Positions 48,824 through 61,400 of a DNA stretch of 64,000 nucleotides are shown here, piece by piece; the stretch's first letter is position 1, and each line of letters begins with the position of its first letter. The notes beneath the pieces are model-generated. The model saw only the letters and a list, made by a program, of their open reading frames with translations. It did not search any database and was not told where the DNA came from. This DNA comes from Camelus dromedarius (Eukaryota): positions 7,068,001 through 7,132,000 of the forward strand of contig NC_087437.1 of NCBI RefSeq assembly GCF_036321535.1. The letters are read 5' to 3'. A program made the position numbers and the translations under genes.

Positions 48824-51674
48824 TATTACCATTTTGAAATTTACATCCGTGTACTGTTGATTGTTTCTAAGGACAGTTTAGGGCTTTAGCTTTTTCAATG
48901 TACTAGTTACCAAAGGACTAAAGCCAAATGCCATATGACATCGCTCACGTGTGGACTCAAAATGCTTTCTTAAAAATTTCTGAGGGAATTTAGAAAGGAG
49001 CTCCCCCCCCCCCCCGCCCCCTGAAATGGAGTCTTCTTGGAGAAGCCAGTCATACATTAATTCTATTGAAATATATGCTTCACTTGTTAGTGAAACAAAA
49101 CAGTTGGAATTCACTCAGGTCACACCAAACCCGGCCTTTGCTCTGAAGCTAAAGGCTCTAAATAGATCAAAACATTCTTTGTAATGCCCTTGAGTGATCC
49201 ATTTATTGTACTTAACTTTCTCATTACTTAAATGCAGAAGACTATAGTTGAAGAGGCCAAAACATACATTTGGAAATTTCAGAAAACATAATAGGCTGAG
49301 AGAGATAATGTAATACTTCTCCGTGAAGAAGAGAGCTGGAATATCTTGATTACAGCGTCCCGGCCCATCCCTCACACATTCAAATCCAATATATGTGCTT
49401 TTTATTAATGCGTGAGTGCAGAGATATGCATAAATGAATATTGATAAGGCAGGATACTGTATATTTATGAGGTTTTATATGTTTTCTCTTTATGTTTTAT
49501 TTGTATTTTTATCCAGGGCTGCATACTGTATGTGTGTGTTTATAAGTATAGCCACTGTGAAAAGAAATAAGATTTTAATTGATTTCATAATATTTTGCCA
49601 CCACATATACACTACCATCTATTTCACTGATGCGTGCTGGTGAGCGGCGAGGTTGGAGGGGGGACACTTTCTTTCGGTCTCCGTGAAGACTTGTAATAAA
49701 TATCTTAGTGGTCAAGCGAGATTTTATAAACAACCTTGCATTACAATGCAACTGTATCCTTGAAATTGTACACACATAAAAGTCAGAAATTTGGAGTTGT
49801 CATAGTAACATTAATCCCAGCGCTTTCCGAAAGTGCAATACTTAGTCATATAGCATAAAATGTTAATGCTTGTGCCTCTGTGACTGGGTAGCGAGACCGA
49901 GTTGCATTTGCCACGGAAACCCTGAGTTTGAAGAGCTTTCCTGTCTCAACATTTAGAATCAGAGGCGTACCATGTTGCCCTAGATTTCCCTAATTAAAAA
50001 AGAATACGAGAGAGAGAAACAAACTGGACAAAAGGGCAAAGAACGACCATGATTATTTTTGAAATGAACTGAACACATGCAAGAAAGAAACAGGAAGCTG
50101 TTTCTTTGTGGGGAGGAACTTAGTGGCCCTGACGTCTTGATTCGAACACAGTCCCCAGTGGAACCCAGACCCTCAGCATCGAGGTTGGGGCATCTCACCA
50201 CGGATGTACAGGGGGGTCTCACATCTGGATAAGATGCAGCAGCAGACAAACAAGGCAGAAGGTCACGTCTCTGTCCCTAGGGAATCTGCAAGAAGAAAAT
50301 AAATAGTCATCTTTCAGGGGCAGGATAAACAAATAGCTGTCTGATGACAGTATCAGACTGAGGGTAGTTTTAGGATGACTTCTCTAGTTCTAGGATTCTG
50401 TGGTCTTTACTGAAAGGAAATACTCCTCAATGTGCACACAAAGCCTAGAGAGGTGGGCTGGCGGCCATGCTGATGGTAATTGCACAGATGAAGGTGGAGG
50501 AACAGGCTCAGTTTTGGCCTCTAAGCTGGGATTCCCAAAACGGCAGGAGTGGAGACAGGGACAGGGGATGAAAGCCTTGTGTCTCTTTCGACTGTCAAAC
50601 GACGTAGCAACCCTGATGAAGTCCTTTTGCCACCAGTTCTCAAAAGTGGCCTCACCTGAAACCGGAGTTCACCGAAGCATGTGGTCTCTCACAGACCCAT
50701 GTGCTCAGAGTGGTTTTGACCCCTAGACTGGACTCATCTCTGTAATCGAGGCCAGTGACAGAAAAATATGGTCCCCACCCTCGTTGGAATCCAAGTCAAC
50801 ATACCTCTCCGCTCATCCCCTGTTCTTTGTCCTAACATCATTACCTCTTGTGGCAACCTTTGTATATTTTTCACTCTGGCTACCATTTGCACAAGAATGT
50901 TTAGCCAGAATGCTCTGAGAATCCGTGATAAAATTGTCTGGAGTCTGTCCACATACCTGAAGTTTCCTCCTCCAATAGAAAAAAAAAAGCCATGGGTTTT
51001 ACAGAAAAACCTTTTACCTTTGTAATTACTACCTTCGCTTGAGTCTAGAAAGTCTGGTGATTTGAATTAATATGTGTGTGTGAAGTGGTGGCCTCCCCCT
51101 GCCCCCTCCAAAGAAAGCTGTTATTATATTGATCAACCACCTTATAATTGAAGGCATCCTAGAATTCAGGATATACAATCATTTCAAGGCCTTTCCCAGT
51201 CTGGTCTTTCCAATAACTCTGAGTCAAGCCACACATGATTTTGAGAAGCACGCCTTTTTGTTTGTTTTCTTTCCGGAGTAGTTCCCGTGAGCGACGTCAC
51301 GTCCCGGTGGTGGCTGTGATCACTGTTACTACTTCCGCTTTGGTCACCAGTTCATTCTTAAACCCATTGCGACTCGATTCTCTCATCACATTCCTGTAAG
51401 GTATCAGGTCACCAGCCGTCACCCCACATCCACAGTCTGTGAAAACATCTTGTCTTTGTGTCTCTTCATGTCGGTTACACCTGCTGAAACTGATGACTAC
51501 GCCTCCTTTCTAAAGTTTCTTTTCCTCCTTAGCTTTCCTTAAGCTATTTTGGGGAGTTTTTCTAGCTACCTTCTTTCATGTGCTCCTTAATGCCTCGTCT
51601 GCCTCTTCCCATCCTAAAATGCCACCTCTTTTTGGGATTTTCGGATACTCTTCATGCTGCCCACTGGATACCTA

Positions 51675-51773
51675 GAGTCACCACATGAGCTAGTGGCCGC
51701 CATATTGGAGTACGCTGGCCAGAACAGATACAGAAGAATTTCCTCACTGCGGAATGTTCTACTGGACAGCGCT
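51675..51773 (+). mobile_element. MER3 (hAT-Charlie) 3' fragment
   Basis: CCACATGAGCTAGTGGCCGCCATATTGGA..GTTCTACTGGACAGCGCTG. Confidence 0.75.
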
Positions 51774-52854
51774 GCTCCGTATGCTACTGATTCCTCAACT
51801 TCACCTGATATCCAAACGTCATTCGAGATCCAGACTTCCAGTAAACAGGCAGATAAAGAAGAAGTAAGGCAGGAACGAAGTCCAGCTTCCAGTTATTCAG
51901 GCGTTTTGGTGAATGTGAGGATTTAAATTCTTGAGTTTGGGAGTGGTTGGTACCAAGTGGCTCTTCCCCTGTTCTCTGCCAAGACATATGACGTGAATGA
52001 CAACTGTTTGAGCCCCGATTCTGATAGCACCCAAAAACAGCTTGCTGGGAGGTGACGCTCCATGCTGATTTGAGATCATCTCCATCATCCATGGGAGGAT
52101 GTCGATGGCATGCAGCTTGGAGAAGGTAGGATGTAAGTGGAAAACCGCTTTCAGAACCAGGGGACCATCAACTCCTTTGTATGCTTGCCTTGATGTGCAT
52201 TGTCCTTCCTATAATCCCTCTAAAACGAATCCTTCTGTCCTTTTTGTCTCTGTTCACGACATCCCCTTTGCATGTTCCCAGACTAGAACCGCAGAGTCAG
52301 ATTTGCTTCCTTCTCTCTTCTCAGCCGCCATATTCCCTCTCCCGCCAAATCTCTCCCTGGCTTCATCCTTGTCCCTCAAATCCTTCCTCCCATTCTTAGT
52401 CCCGTGGCCAGTTTGAAAGGCCATGCCTTTTATGATCACTCCGCGGGATGGCTGCAGTAGCTCCCTCCCTGTCCTCACAAACATCCCTCCTTCCACTCTC
52501 TGGATGGCTGCTGGGGTAATTCTCCTCTTATTTAAAATATTTCCCTGATTCTTCAGGGTCAGCTCCTGAGCCATTCATCCCTCAATTCCACCAAACTCCT
52601 CAGCCTGACATTCTACTGACCTTGGTTACTTCTCCCCAACCCCGCACTCCTCATTACCTTTCCCATCCAACTGCCAATCTCCTCCAAACAGCCCCCTTCT
52701 TCGTGGTGCCCACCAAAAGCTATTTCTCCATGAAGCTTCTTCCTCAGTTCTTTCTTGTCACACCCCAATTGGTTGTGATCTCCAGCTCTCTAGCTACGTC
52801 TGTATCTGTATCAGGAGCCCACAAACCATACCTCTCAGACCACTTCTAGTGCAC

Positions 52855-53140
52855 CCCCTGTTTTCACATTGTGTGCACGCTAAGGATGGTTGCTACATTT
52901 TTGGAAGATTAAAAAAAGCAATGAAAAGAAAACGAATCTTTTGCAATATGTGACAATTACATGAAATTCAGATTTCAGTGTCCATAAATAAAGTCTCATT
53001 GGAAAGGAGCCACAGCCATTGATTTATGTCTTGTCTGTAGTACTTTTGGCTACAGTTCCAGTAGTGGTGACGGACTGTTTGGTCCACCAAGCCTAATTTA
53101 CTGACTGTCTGGCTCTTTATGGAAAAAGACAACCCCTAAT
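52855..53140 (+). mobile_element. MER58B-like (hAT-Charlie)
   Basis: ATGAAATTCAGATTTCAGTGTCCATAAATAAAGTCTCATTGGAA..CTGGCTCTTTATGGAAAAAG. Confidence 0.8.
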
Positions 53141-54754
53141 CTAGACCCATCTTTACATATGTCTCTCTATATAATTTTTGAAATACCCATAAGACTTTCT
53201 TTACATCTCTCTCGTTGTCACTTGGCTGAGTTCTCCTAATATGTGTTTGTTTACTTGTCTTTCCAACCACCTGAAAGACTGTCAGCTCCTGGAGAGTATA
53301 CATATTGCATTTCTTATTCATTTTTGTGTCTCTTGCTAGCATCTTCCACAAGATCTTGCACATAGAGTGCTCACTAAATATTTCTATTGAAGTGACTAAA
53401 ATACGGTTTGGTGTGCAAAATCGCTTCGGGCTTAACTTTGGTGTGAATTATAGCACATTACGATATGTATCTTGATATATATGCAAATACACACAGTATA
53501 CACATATACATGGATAGTTATTTAAACCCAAACAAATGTAAATGTTTATAGCTGTATGGTATTCAAAAACAGAATCTTGTGATTTCTACAGATTTCTACA
53601 AGGATATAATAACAAGGAAGTAGATTGAGATGTTTATCAGATAGCAACGTGTATTCCAAATACTTTTTATCTGAACTGTCACCCATGCTCCCAGTTGAAC
53701 TGTAGGATTTTCCTTATCTGACAAATGCTTAATCCTAATGTCAGTGGTGGAAACAATTACTCACCTGGGCCCTCACATTGTCGGCACATTCGATCTTGTT
53801 GAAGGGCGTGCCCTGGACGATCAGTTAGCACAGTTACTGAATGAAGTGATAAACAAACAACAAAAGTGCGTGGTTGCAGGATGGTTTCAAGCCACATAAC
53901 GCTTGTTTTTTGCAGCCCAGAAAGGTGTCAGCCACCTACAATTTATCAGGCATGTGCTTTGATCTTTGCCACATTGGCAAACAATTCAGCTGAGTAATTT
54001 ATTTTGGGTTCCTTTGGCCAAACTGTACAATTTGGGGTAGGGAATTGGAGATAAGCATATGGTTCAGAGTCACATTGGTCGACATCCTGACACTGACTTG
54101 GACCTGCATCCTTGGATCCAGGGATCTGACCTCTGGAAAGCCTTGTAAGGGTGGATGGAGAAAGTGGCAGAAAGGGATGGAGTTCGAGTCAGAATCTTCT
54201 AATCTGTGGGCTTAGCTTGAAACATTAAGAACTGGAGTGGTGTGATAAATTTTAAGTATGAAGTTTTTTGGACAGTGTTGAACTTTAAACATTTTTTGTT
54301 TGGAAATAATCTGAGCAGTCTAGGGCTTTTGTTCTCAACTTTTATTTTCTGCAGAGGCCACGTGACAAATGGTCATTCTCATGCAGACGTTAGCTAGAGT
54401 TTGACCCCCACCACCACCAAGACCAGATGCTGTCACTTTGAAGGGGGGAGATGGCTTCGCATTGGATCCCATCAGCTGTGGTTGGCATGAACATCCCCGG
54501 TCAGTGGGAATTCTAATCCCTTCCTTCTACCTCTACTCAGGAGAGCATCTTGGAACCAAAGGGAGTAAAAAAGGTCGTTATTAAAGGGATAACTTTGAAT
54601 TTACAAAGCACTGGCTAATTTTAGTTCAGAATTACTTGTAATAAGAAAATGTTGACATGTCATAACTGATCTCACATCTGTAACTGCCTATACCATATTG
54701 TTGAGATTTGCTGATTTATACAATCAGTTTAATCTTATTACCACAGTGAGCAGC

Positions 54755-55430
54755 TTTTTAAAAAGTTTTGATTACACAGATAACACATTATTCAGCCAGA
54801 GAAAATGAAAAATAAAAACCCCTGCACGCAATTCCACAAGCCAAAGAAAATCGGAGTCGAACACATGGGAGTAAGAAATGCTTTTTCATGAAATCTCCAA
54901 GGGTGTGTATAAATGTTCCAAAAAAAAAAAAAAAAAAAGGGGAGGTGGGATTATATGATCATATGGCCTTGTATCTTCAACATATTTCCGTATCATTTAG
55001 TGTACATTTAAATCACAACTTTGAGCAACTATAAGTCTTCCAATGTATGGATATACCACAGTTTGGCCAGTTGCCTGCTACTGAACATTGGGACTGATTC
55101 CCACTCCACTGCCAACAAGGCTATGATGCAATCATGGTGTATTTATCTTCTCACACGTGTCTAAATCGTTGCCTTCGGAGAAATCCTTGGGCATAAATTT
55201 GCTGATTTGGAGGAGAAGGTGAAATCCCCAAGCATTTGATACTATTGTCCAATTGCCCTCCAGACAATTTGTACCTACTTAGACCCCCCGGAAGCAGTGA
55301 GATCCTTATCCGCATCCCCCAGCCCTGCCCAGATAATACTATTGTAAACATTTTCCAGTCTGAGAAAGAAAAGCGTATCTGACTGTGACTCTCTTTTACA
55401 CTGCTGATGCTCTTCATGAGGTTAAACAGG
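54755..55430 (-). mobile_element. L1ME4-like 3' region, degraded
   Basis: GTATGGATATACCACAGTTT..TATTGTCCAATTGCCCTCCAGA..TTGTACC. Confidence 0.65.
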
Positions 55431-55434
55431 TATT

Positions 55435-55458
55435 TGTGTGTGTGTGTGTGTGTGTGTG
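55435..55458. repeat. (TG)12 microsatellite
   Basis: Read directly. Confidence 0.9.
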
Positions 55459-55489
55459 ATGACTCTGATGGGGGAGGGGTGAGTCACAC

Positions 55490-55730
55490 GGTGGTTAAAA
55501 GCGTACAGGCCTTGGAATTAGTGTGGGGCCTCTTCTGGTTCTAGTATTTTCTAGCCCGGTGGCCTTGGGAAAGTTACTGGCGCACCTTAGAGTTCAGCTT
55601 CTTCATTTATAAAATGGGAAAACCAACAGTGTCTTCTGCCCCAGCTTGCTGTGAGGAACACATAAGACATTTCATGTAAGGTGCCTTAGGGTAGTTCCTG
55701 GAACATATTAAGCACCAATGGAAGGTTAGA
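55490..55730 (+). mobile_element. MIR SINE
   Basis: GTGGTTAAAAGC..GGCCTTGGGAAAGTTAC..TCAGCTTCTTCATTTATAAAATGGG..TTGCTGTGAGGA. Confidence 0.85.
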
Positions 55731-56670
55731 GGTTGCTCAAGAGAAGATTTGCAAGGTTCAAATGGCACCCACTTGTACGTTCCTAGGTTGCGTGGGGGTA
55801 GCAGGGAGTCAAGGGTTGCATTTATGGGCTCAACCTGGCTTGGTCTGATTTGATTCTAAGCCTAGGGATAGTCAAGAAGTTCAAGTGTGGGTGCAACTCT
55901 AGGGCAGACCCAGAGCCCTTCCGTGCTTCAAGGAAGTTCAGAGAGTAAACAGGAGTTGAATCTCCTTAGAACCTGGGATGGCTTCCTTCCACCGGGCCCT
56001 GTCTCCCTTGCCAGGACCTGAACGGAGCCCTCCTGTTTAGGAAAGAAACCCCGGGCCAAAGAAGAAATTGCATTTGAAGGAAGCAAAAACTCTGCTAGAG
56101 GCAGAACTCTGTTCAGACGGTAGGAGTCTGTGGGCTTGTGAGCAACGAGGCTGAAGTCCTAGCCTTGCCGATGGCCACAGAACCCATGTGGCCAAGGCTC
56201 TTTCAAAGACATTTCTTAATCCTTGCGAGAACTTTTCATCCATCTGTGTGATTTTCGATCTAAGTGACCAGCTGCTTTCAAACACTCTGAGCATCTGACA
56301 CGGGCCCTGGGTACATCTTGAGAAGCAGGAGGGAATTTCTTCACTTAAAACTGCATTTCTGTCCCTCCTGCTGGGTTCCTCCCTGAAGTGACCTTTCCCC
56401 AAAGCATCTGATGCTAGTAGGAAACACGCACGAAAGACGCCTCCCACGGCAATCTCAATCCAAGTAAACAGCGCGGCTCATCCCGGGGCTGGATCTTCAG
56501 CCTGCCTACCGTTGCCTTTTTAGTGCCATTTAAATCTGGGTTGGCTTTCACTGGGATAGCAGGAGAATAAGAGAGCGCGAGAAGTTTCGAAGCAGATGCA
56601 GCATGCCTCACAACACAGGTGAGAAAAAGCCACAAGACGTTCTGAATCTGGCTTTGCCTCCGTTTTCTAG

Positions 56671-56704
56671 TGCTGCCCGAAATGCAGTCAATAAGCCAGC
56701 CGAG
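56671..56704 (+). other. Candidate exon (34 nt)
   Basis: Branch-like CTGAA at ~56642, acceptor CTTTGCCTCCGTTTTCTAG|, donor GAG|GTAAGA. Confidence 0.35.
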
Positions 56705-58639
56705 GTAAGAAAGGAGTAATTTCAGAGATTCAGGAACATTTCATCCTGGAGCAGGGTCTTTAACACAGGTGTTTTAATAATTGTAATATATTGAAAAACG
56801 TCCCCTGGCTGGGCGGCCCTCGGGTGCACAGTGGTCACCTCCCTCTTGGGCCATTTCTGCCCTTGAAGGCAAGGGGCGTCGTTAGCCTGCAGTCATTACA
56901 AAGCCATGCCTCAGATGGGAGTCCTGGCAGCTGCTCACCTTTGTCTGGGTTGAGCTTGAAGTCTGTGCTTTCTGGAGGCATTTCTTCGTATTTGCATTTA
57001 CAATGAGTACGTTGAAAAAGAAGGATGGAAGGAAGGACTCTACATGGTGTGGGAATCGGAGAGACTCCCAAATGCCACTCACTGCATTTTTTTTCCCAAG
57101 GAGTCTCAGGAACACACAGAAGCACAGGTGGCAACGTGATGGAGGGGAGGGTGAGTGTAAGAGGGGTGATAATTGATGGGGGCCTGGAGTCCAGACCGCA
57201 GCTGTCCCCAGGTGCACCCAAACGCATCTGTTCTTCTGCGAAGTACTATGGTGCAGTAGCAGGTTTTGGATTATTTAAGCAGGGGGAAAACAAATCAGGA
57301 AACTTAACAAAGCTCTTGGAGGAGGCAGGTGAGGTGGTGTGATTGCCACATCTGAGGAAGGAAGCTTTCAGGAAGGGAATAAATTGGATCACGGGGGTTG
57401 GCACCCAGGATCGGAGACACCTCCCTCCGCATCACCTGTGAACTTGGTGGTTCTGAGGAAGGCGGACAGGTGGAGGTGGAGGGCTCGTGGGCCCACTCTT
57501 TTGAGCAAGTGTTGGATTTTTTTTTTTTTTTAAATCATGCAGTGAATTTGTGCGAAACATGGAGGGGAATTCTAAAACAGATGAATACTCCTTCTGTCTT
57601 CATTGTTTCTTTCTTTTTCATCTTTATTAGGACTACAGGAAGGAAATGGAACTATCTGAAGCTACCAGGAATGTTCTTCCAAGCCCGTGTTCCCCCCAAC
57701 TCTCCCTGATGCAATGATATTGGTAAAGGAAATAAATTCATTTACTGGATGTGATACTTAATGCAGGCCTGAGTCTGGAGTCCCACTGTCTGTCCTGAGT
57801 CAATGAAGAGGAAGGCCAAATTGACAACATTGGAATGATGGGAAACTCGGGCCATTTGTCATCTGTAATTCAGATCATACGATGTATTTTGAGATTTCTC
57901 CTGACATTGTTTATATTGGAAAAGTCTTGAAAGGTCTTCACAATATAACAGTAAAATCTGACAGTGAGGAAAAACTGCTTCTTTCTTTTCTTTTTTTTTT
58001 AAATTTAACTTTCCAAAGAGGGTGTTAAAGGTTCGCCTGTTTTGATTTATGGGAATATAAAGACACCATAAAAGAAGTTAGGTCAGGGTATAATTGGAAA
58101 TTTTCTTACTGGCTCATGATACTTCTTACATTAAGTGACATTGGAAGATTTTTTTTTGTTGTTCCGTAAAGTAAGTGGCTGGTGGGGTGACCATTCAGAA
58201 GAAGTGGTGTTGAAGGAGAGACAGGGCAGGGCATCCTCTGCACCTTAAAAATAGATGATGAAGGATGGCATGCCCTGGATGCTAAACAAATGACTACAAG
58301 GGCAAGTTTCCCATAAGGAATTCTGATAGCTGTTTACTACGATATTTGGGCTTGAACTACTTTCATTCTTCTTCCTTATTAAAAATTTATCAATTGGCAT
58401 ATTTAGTACCTCCAATATATACTTTTTTTAAAGCTCTATGGAGAAAACTATAAGGCTTCTATTTCAAGAGGCATAAGAACAAAGCAAGTAAAATCCATCT
58501 ATAGAATGCTTTGGTAGAAACAGATTTACTTTAAGTCAAGAAATACCATTTCTGTTTTCAGTGATATAACCTGGGCAGTTTTGAACATTTGGTAACAATG
58601 TTAAAAAGATGTTCTTGATTGATTGGTAAACTCACTGAA

Positions 58640-59700
58640 TCCATTAGAGAGCATGCTTTTGGATGCAAGTAGCAGAATATGCTCTGAAAGCTAGATTTAA
58701 CAATGAGAAGAATTTATATGCTCAGAAACGGGAGCAAGTCCAGGATTTCTTCCATCACTGGCCTAGAGCAGATACTAATGACCCAGGTTCTACGTATCTG
58801 TCCATTCTCCATCTGCAGCTTGTCAGCATTTTCCCTTAGTTTTTTTCCTCATAAAAACAAGAAAGTTTCTGTGGTCCTAGATGCCATGTTCTCACACAAC
58901 CAAGTGGAGAGACAGAAAAGAGGAAATTTCTCCTTGAGTGTCTTTTTGTCAAGAAGGAAAACTTATTTTTCAGAAGCTCCTTAGAAAAGCCAAGATGTGG
59001 AAGCAACTTAAATGTCCATCGACAGATGACTGGATAAAGAAGTCGTGGTGTATTTCATTCAGTGGAATACTACTCAGCCATAAAAAAGAATACAATGCTA
59101 TTTGCAGCAACATGGATGGACCTAGAGATCATGATTCTAAGTGAAGTAAGCCAGAAAGAGAAAGAAAAATACCATATGATATCGCTCATATGTGGAATCT
59201 AAAAAAAAAGGACATTATGAACTCATCTACAAAACAGAAACCAACTCACAGACATAGTAAACAATCTTATGGTTACCAGGGAAAGGGGATGGGAAAGGAT
59301 AACTTTGGGAGTTTGAGATTTACAAATTTTAGCCACTATATATAAAAATAGATTTTTGAAAGTTTCTGCTATATAGCACAGGGAATTATATTCAATATCC
59401 TGCAATAACTTTTAATAAAAAATATGAAAATGATTATATGTATATATATGCATGACTGGGACATTGTGCTGTACATGAGAAGTTGACACATTGTAACTGA
59501 CTTTACTCCAATTAAAAAAAAGCTCCTTAGCAGACTCTCCTTTAAGTCTCATTGGCCAGAGTTGTATCACATGCCATCGCCTTAGCCAATCACTTGCAAG
59601 AAGAATAGAATTACCAAAAATAGCTTAGACTAATGGGGATATTGTGCATATTCAATTTCGATGCAACTATTTTCATCCTGGGTCATTTCTATATGCAGAA
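58640..59700 (-). mobile_element. MaLR LTR (MLT1L-like) split by an L1
   Basis: TTGGATGCAAGTAGCAGAA..AAGGAAAACTTATTTTTCAGAAGCTCC|..CAGACTCTCC..GTCTCATTGGCCAGA..AGCCAATCACTTGCAAG. Confidence 0.75.
58985..59519 (+). mobile_element. Young L1 3' end
   Basis: AKMWKQLKCPSTDDWIKK ORF2 C-terminus, A tail, perfect TSD AAGCTCCTTAG (58974-58984 / 59520-59530). Confidence 0.95.
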
Positions 59701-59819
59701 TCCACATTTCCTGATCCTAAGAGAATAAATTTAAAGGATAATTACTGTTTGACAATAAAAAAGATGTTTAAAAAAAGTAGAATCAATTGCTAGTAGCATG
59801 TACACATAGCCTATTGCTG

Positions 59820-59940
59820 CATTAAACTGTAAGCTCTGTGAGAGTAGGAACTTTCTATCTTGGGTGATGTATCCCCAGGGTGTGGAATAATGCCTGACAA
59901 GTATTAAAAGCTTGATCAACATTTGTTAAAGGAATAAATC
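59820..59940 (+). mobile_element. L2 3' terminus
   Basis: ACTGTAAGCTCTGTGAGAGTAGGAAC..ATGCCTGACA..ACATTTGTTAAAGGAATAAAT. Confidence 0.75.
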
Positions 59941-60714
59941 CTTGCTCCAGAGCCATTCCAGAGACCCACAGGGTTTCTCACTGGTGTCCTGATTTTGTTA
60001 CCCAAGAACTTCACTCCAGCCTTTATCCATCTTGAAGTCCCCCCACACTCCTCAAGCAGTATCTGAGTCTTGTCCATTCCTCTCCATGACGATGCTCGGC
60101 CCATTTCTCTACCCAGCTCCTGTGTCACACCACCCCTCCTCTGAAGCCTCTCTGGTATCCCAGAGTGGTTGACAGTACCTCCGGTCTCCATGACCATTTC
60201 TCCCACATGTTAAACCCTACCCACCCTGTGATATGTCACCTGTGAAGCCACTGGAGAGGTGCCTCGCTTTGAGCACAGAGGCTAATACTTGGTTGTCTTC
60301 TTCCAAATTATTGATACTTGTGCTGAGGGGACTGACCCCAGCACTCAGAGTCCCTGGGGCCAAGCTGGGGAACAGACACCACCGTATGGACTCTTCTCTC
60401 CTACTTCCCATTTCTGCTGCCCTTTGTATCAGAACTCACCATCTTTCCACTCTCTCCTCCCCTCATTCCCGAAGTCACAACTGCATGAATTTCACGTAGA
60501 CTCAGCTGGGAACACCAGCAACGCGTTCATAATTCTTCCCTTTCTCCCTCCCTAAAAGACTATAAGGTGCTCACTACAAAAACATGGGGGCCTAAAATGC
60601 GAAGATGGCATCAGAACCAACTGCAGAAAGGACTCGATCCCTCAGTATTTGTACATTGCTTTCATCCCACAGTTCTGCGACGGGTCTGTGAGTGATGCTC
60701 GAGTGACGTCAGGG

Positions 60715-61169
60715 TGCTATGGGTACCCTACACACATCCCTTTACTACTTGCCTCTACAGTCTCCCAAAGCTGCTTAGGCAAGCACTTTCGTCTCTCTCT
60801 AAAGGGCTTCTCTGGTCCCTGCTGGATGGGTGGTCCAGCCACAGGGCAAACTGCAGAGTTAACTGTCCCTCGAAGCAGCTCTCAGCAGACACTTGAGGCA
60901 TTGGCAGGCCTATTTCTGGCTGCCGGGCCCCTCAGTTGGAATAACTCTGAGTGTGTTCTGCACCGTCTCCCACCGGCTCTCCAGGAGTGTGGAGTCTCTG
61001 TGGTCCACAGCGATTATTTCCTTGATGAGGCACTTTACTGGATTTTATCTCCTTTTTATCTCTCTTCCCCATTCCCTTACCCGAGTTTCCTGGGATCATG
61101 TTCCAAATATTCTACTTGCTTTCAAACCCTTATGTCAGGGTCCGCTTCTGGGGGAATGAAATCAAGACA
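60715..61169 (+). mobile_element. ERVL solo LTR (LTR16A-like)
   Basis: GAGTTAAC..GGAATAACTCTGAGTGTGTTCT..TTTCCTGGGATCA..CTACTTGC..CAGGGTCCGCTTCTGGGGGAA..AAGACA. Confidence 0.8.
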
Positions 61170-61340
61170 AACGTTAAAGAATATTGTCTATCAGGATTAA
61201 GATGGAAAAACGCCCCCTTTCAAATGTACTTGGATTGATGCGGGTGTTGTATCCCTAACATGGACCAAATTCAAGGGAATTCAGAGGAGTGTAATTTCTC
61301 CGTGTTAGTTTCAGTAAAGGGCATGAGATATTCTGGAGAC

Positions 61341-61400
61341 AAAAAAAAAAAAAAAACAAAAAACAAAAAACAAACAAACAAAAAAACCAAAAACCCAAAC
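61341..61400. repeat. A-rich (CAAA/CAAAA)n low-complexity tract
   Basis: Read directly. Confidence 0.85.

Larger units (their letters stand above)
51330..53395 (+). mobile_element. L2 LINE fragments through the 3' end, interrupted by MER3 and MER58
   Basis: Pyrimidine-rich L2 body; 3' end GACTGTCAGCTCCTGGAGAG..GTGCTCACTAAATATTTCTATTGA. Confidence 0.65.

Noticed and set aside
49003..49021. Poly-C run as a functional G-quadruplex
   Set aside because: A simple near-homopolymer with no supporting context; its length is prone to assembly error
56619..56670. Intron between the donor at 56618 and the acceptor at 56670
   Set aside because: 52 nt is below the usual mammalian minimum intron length
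60649..61200. 183-aa plus-strand ORF
   Set aside because: Lies almost wholly inside an LTR16A-like LTR; non-ATG start; no recognisable protein
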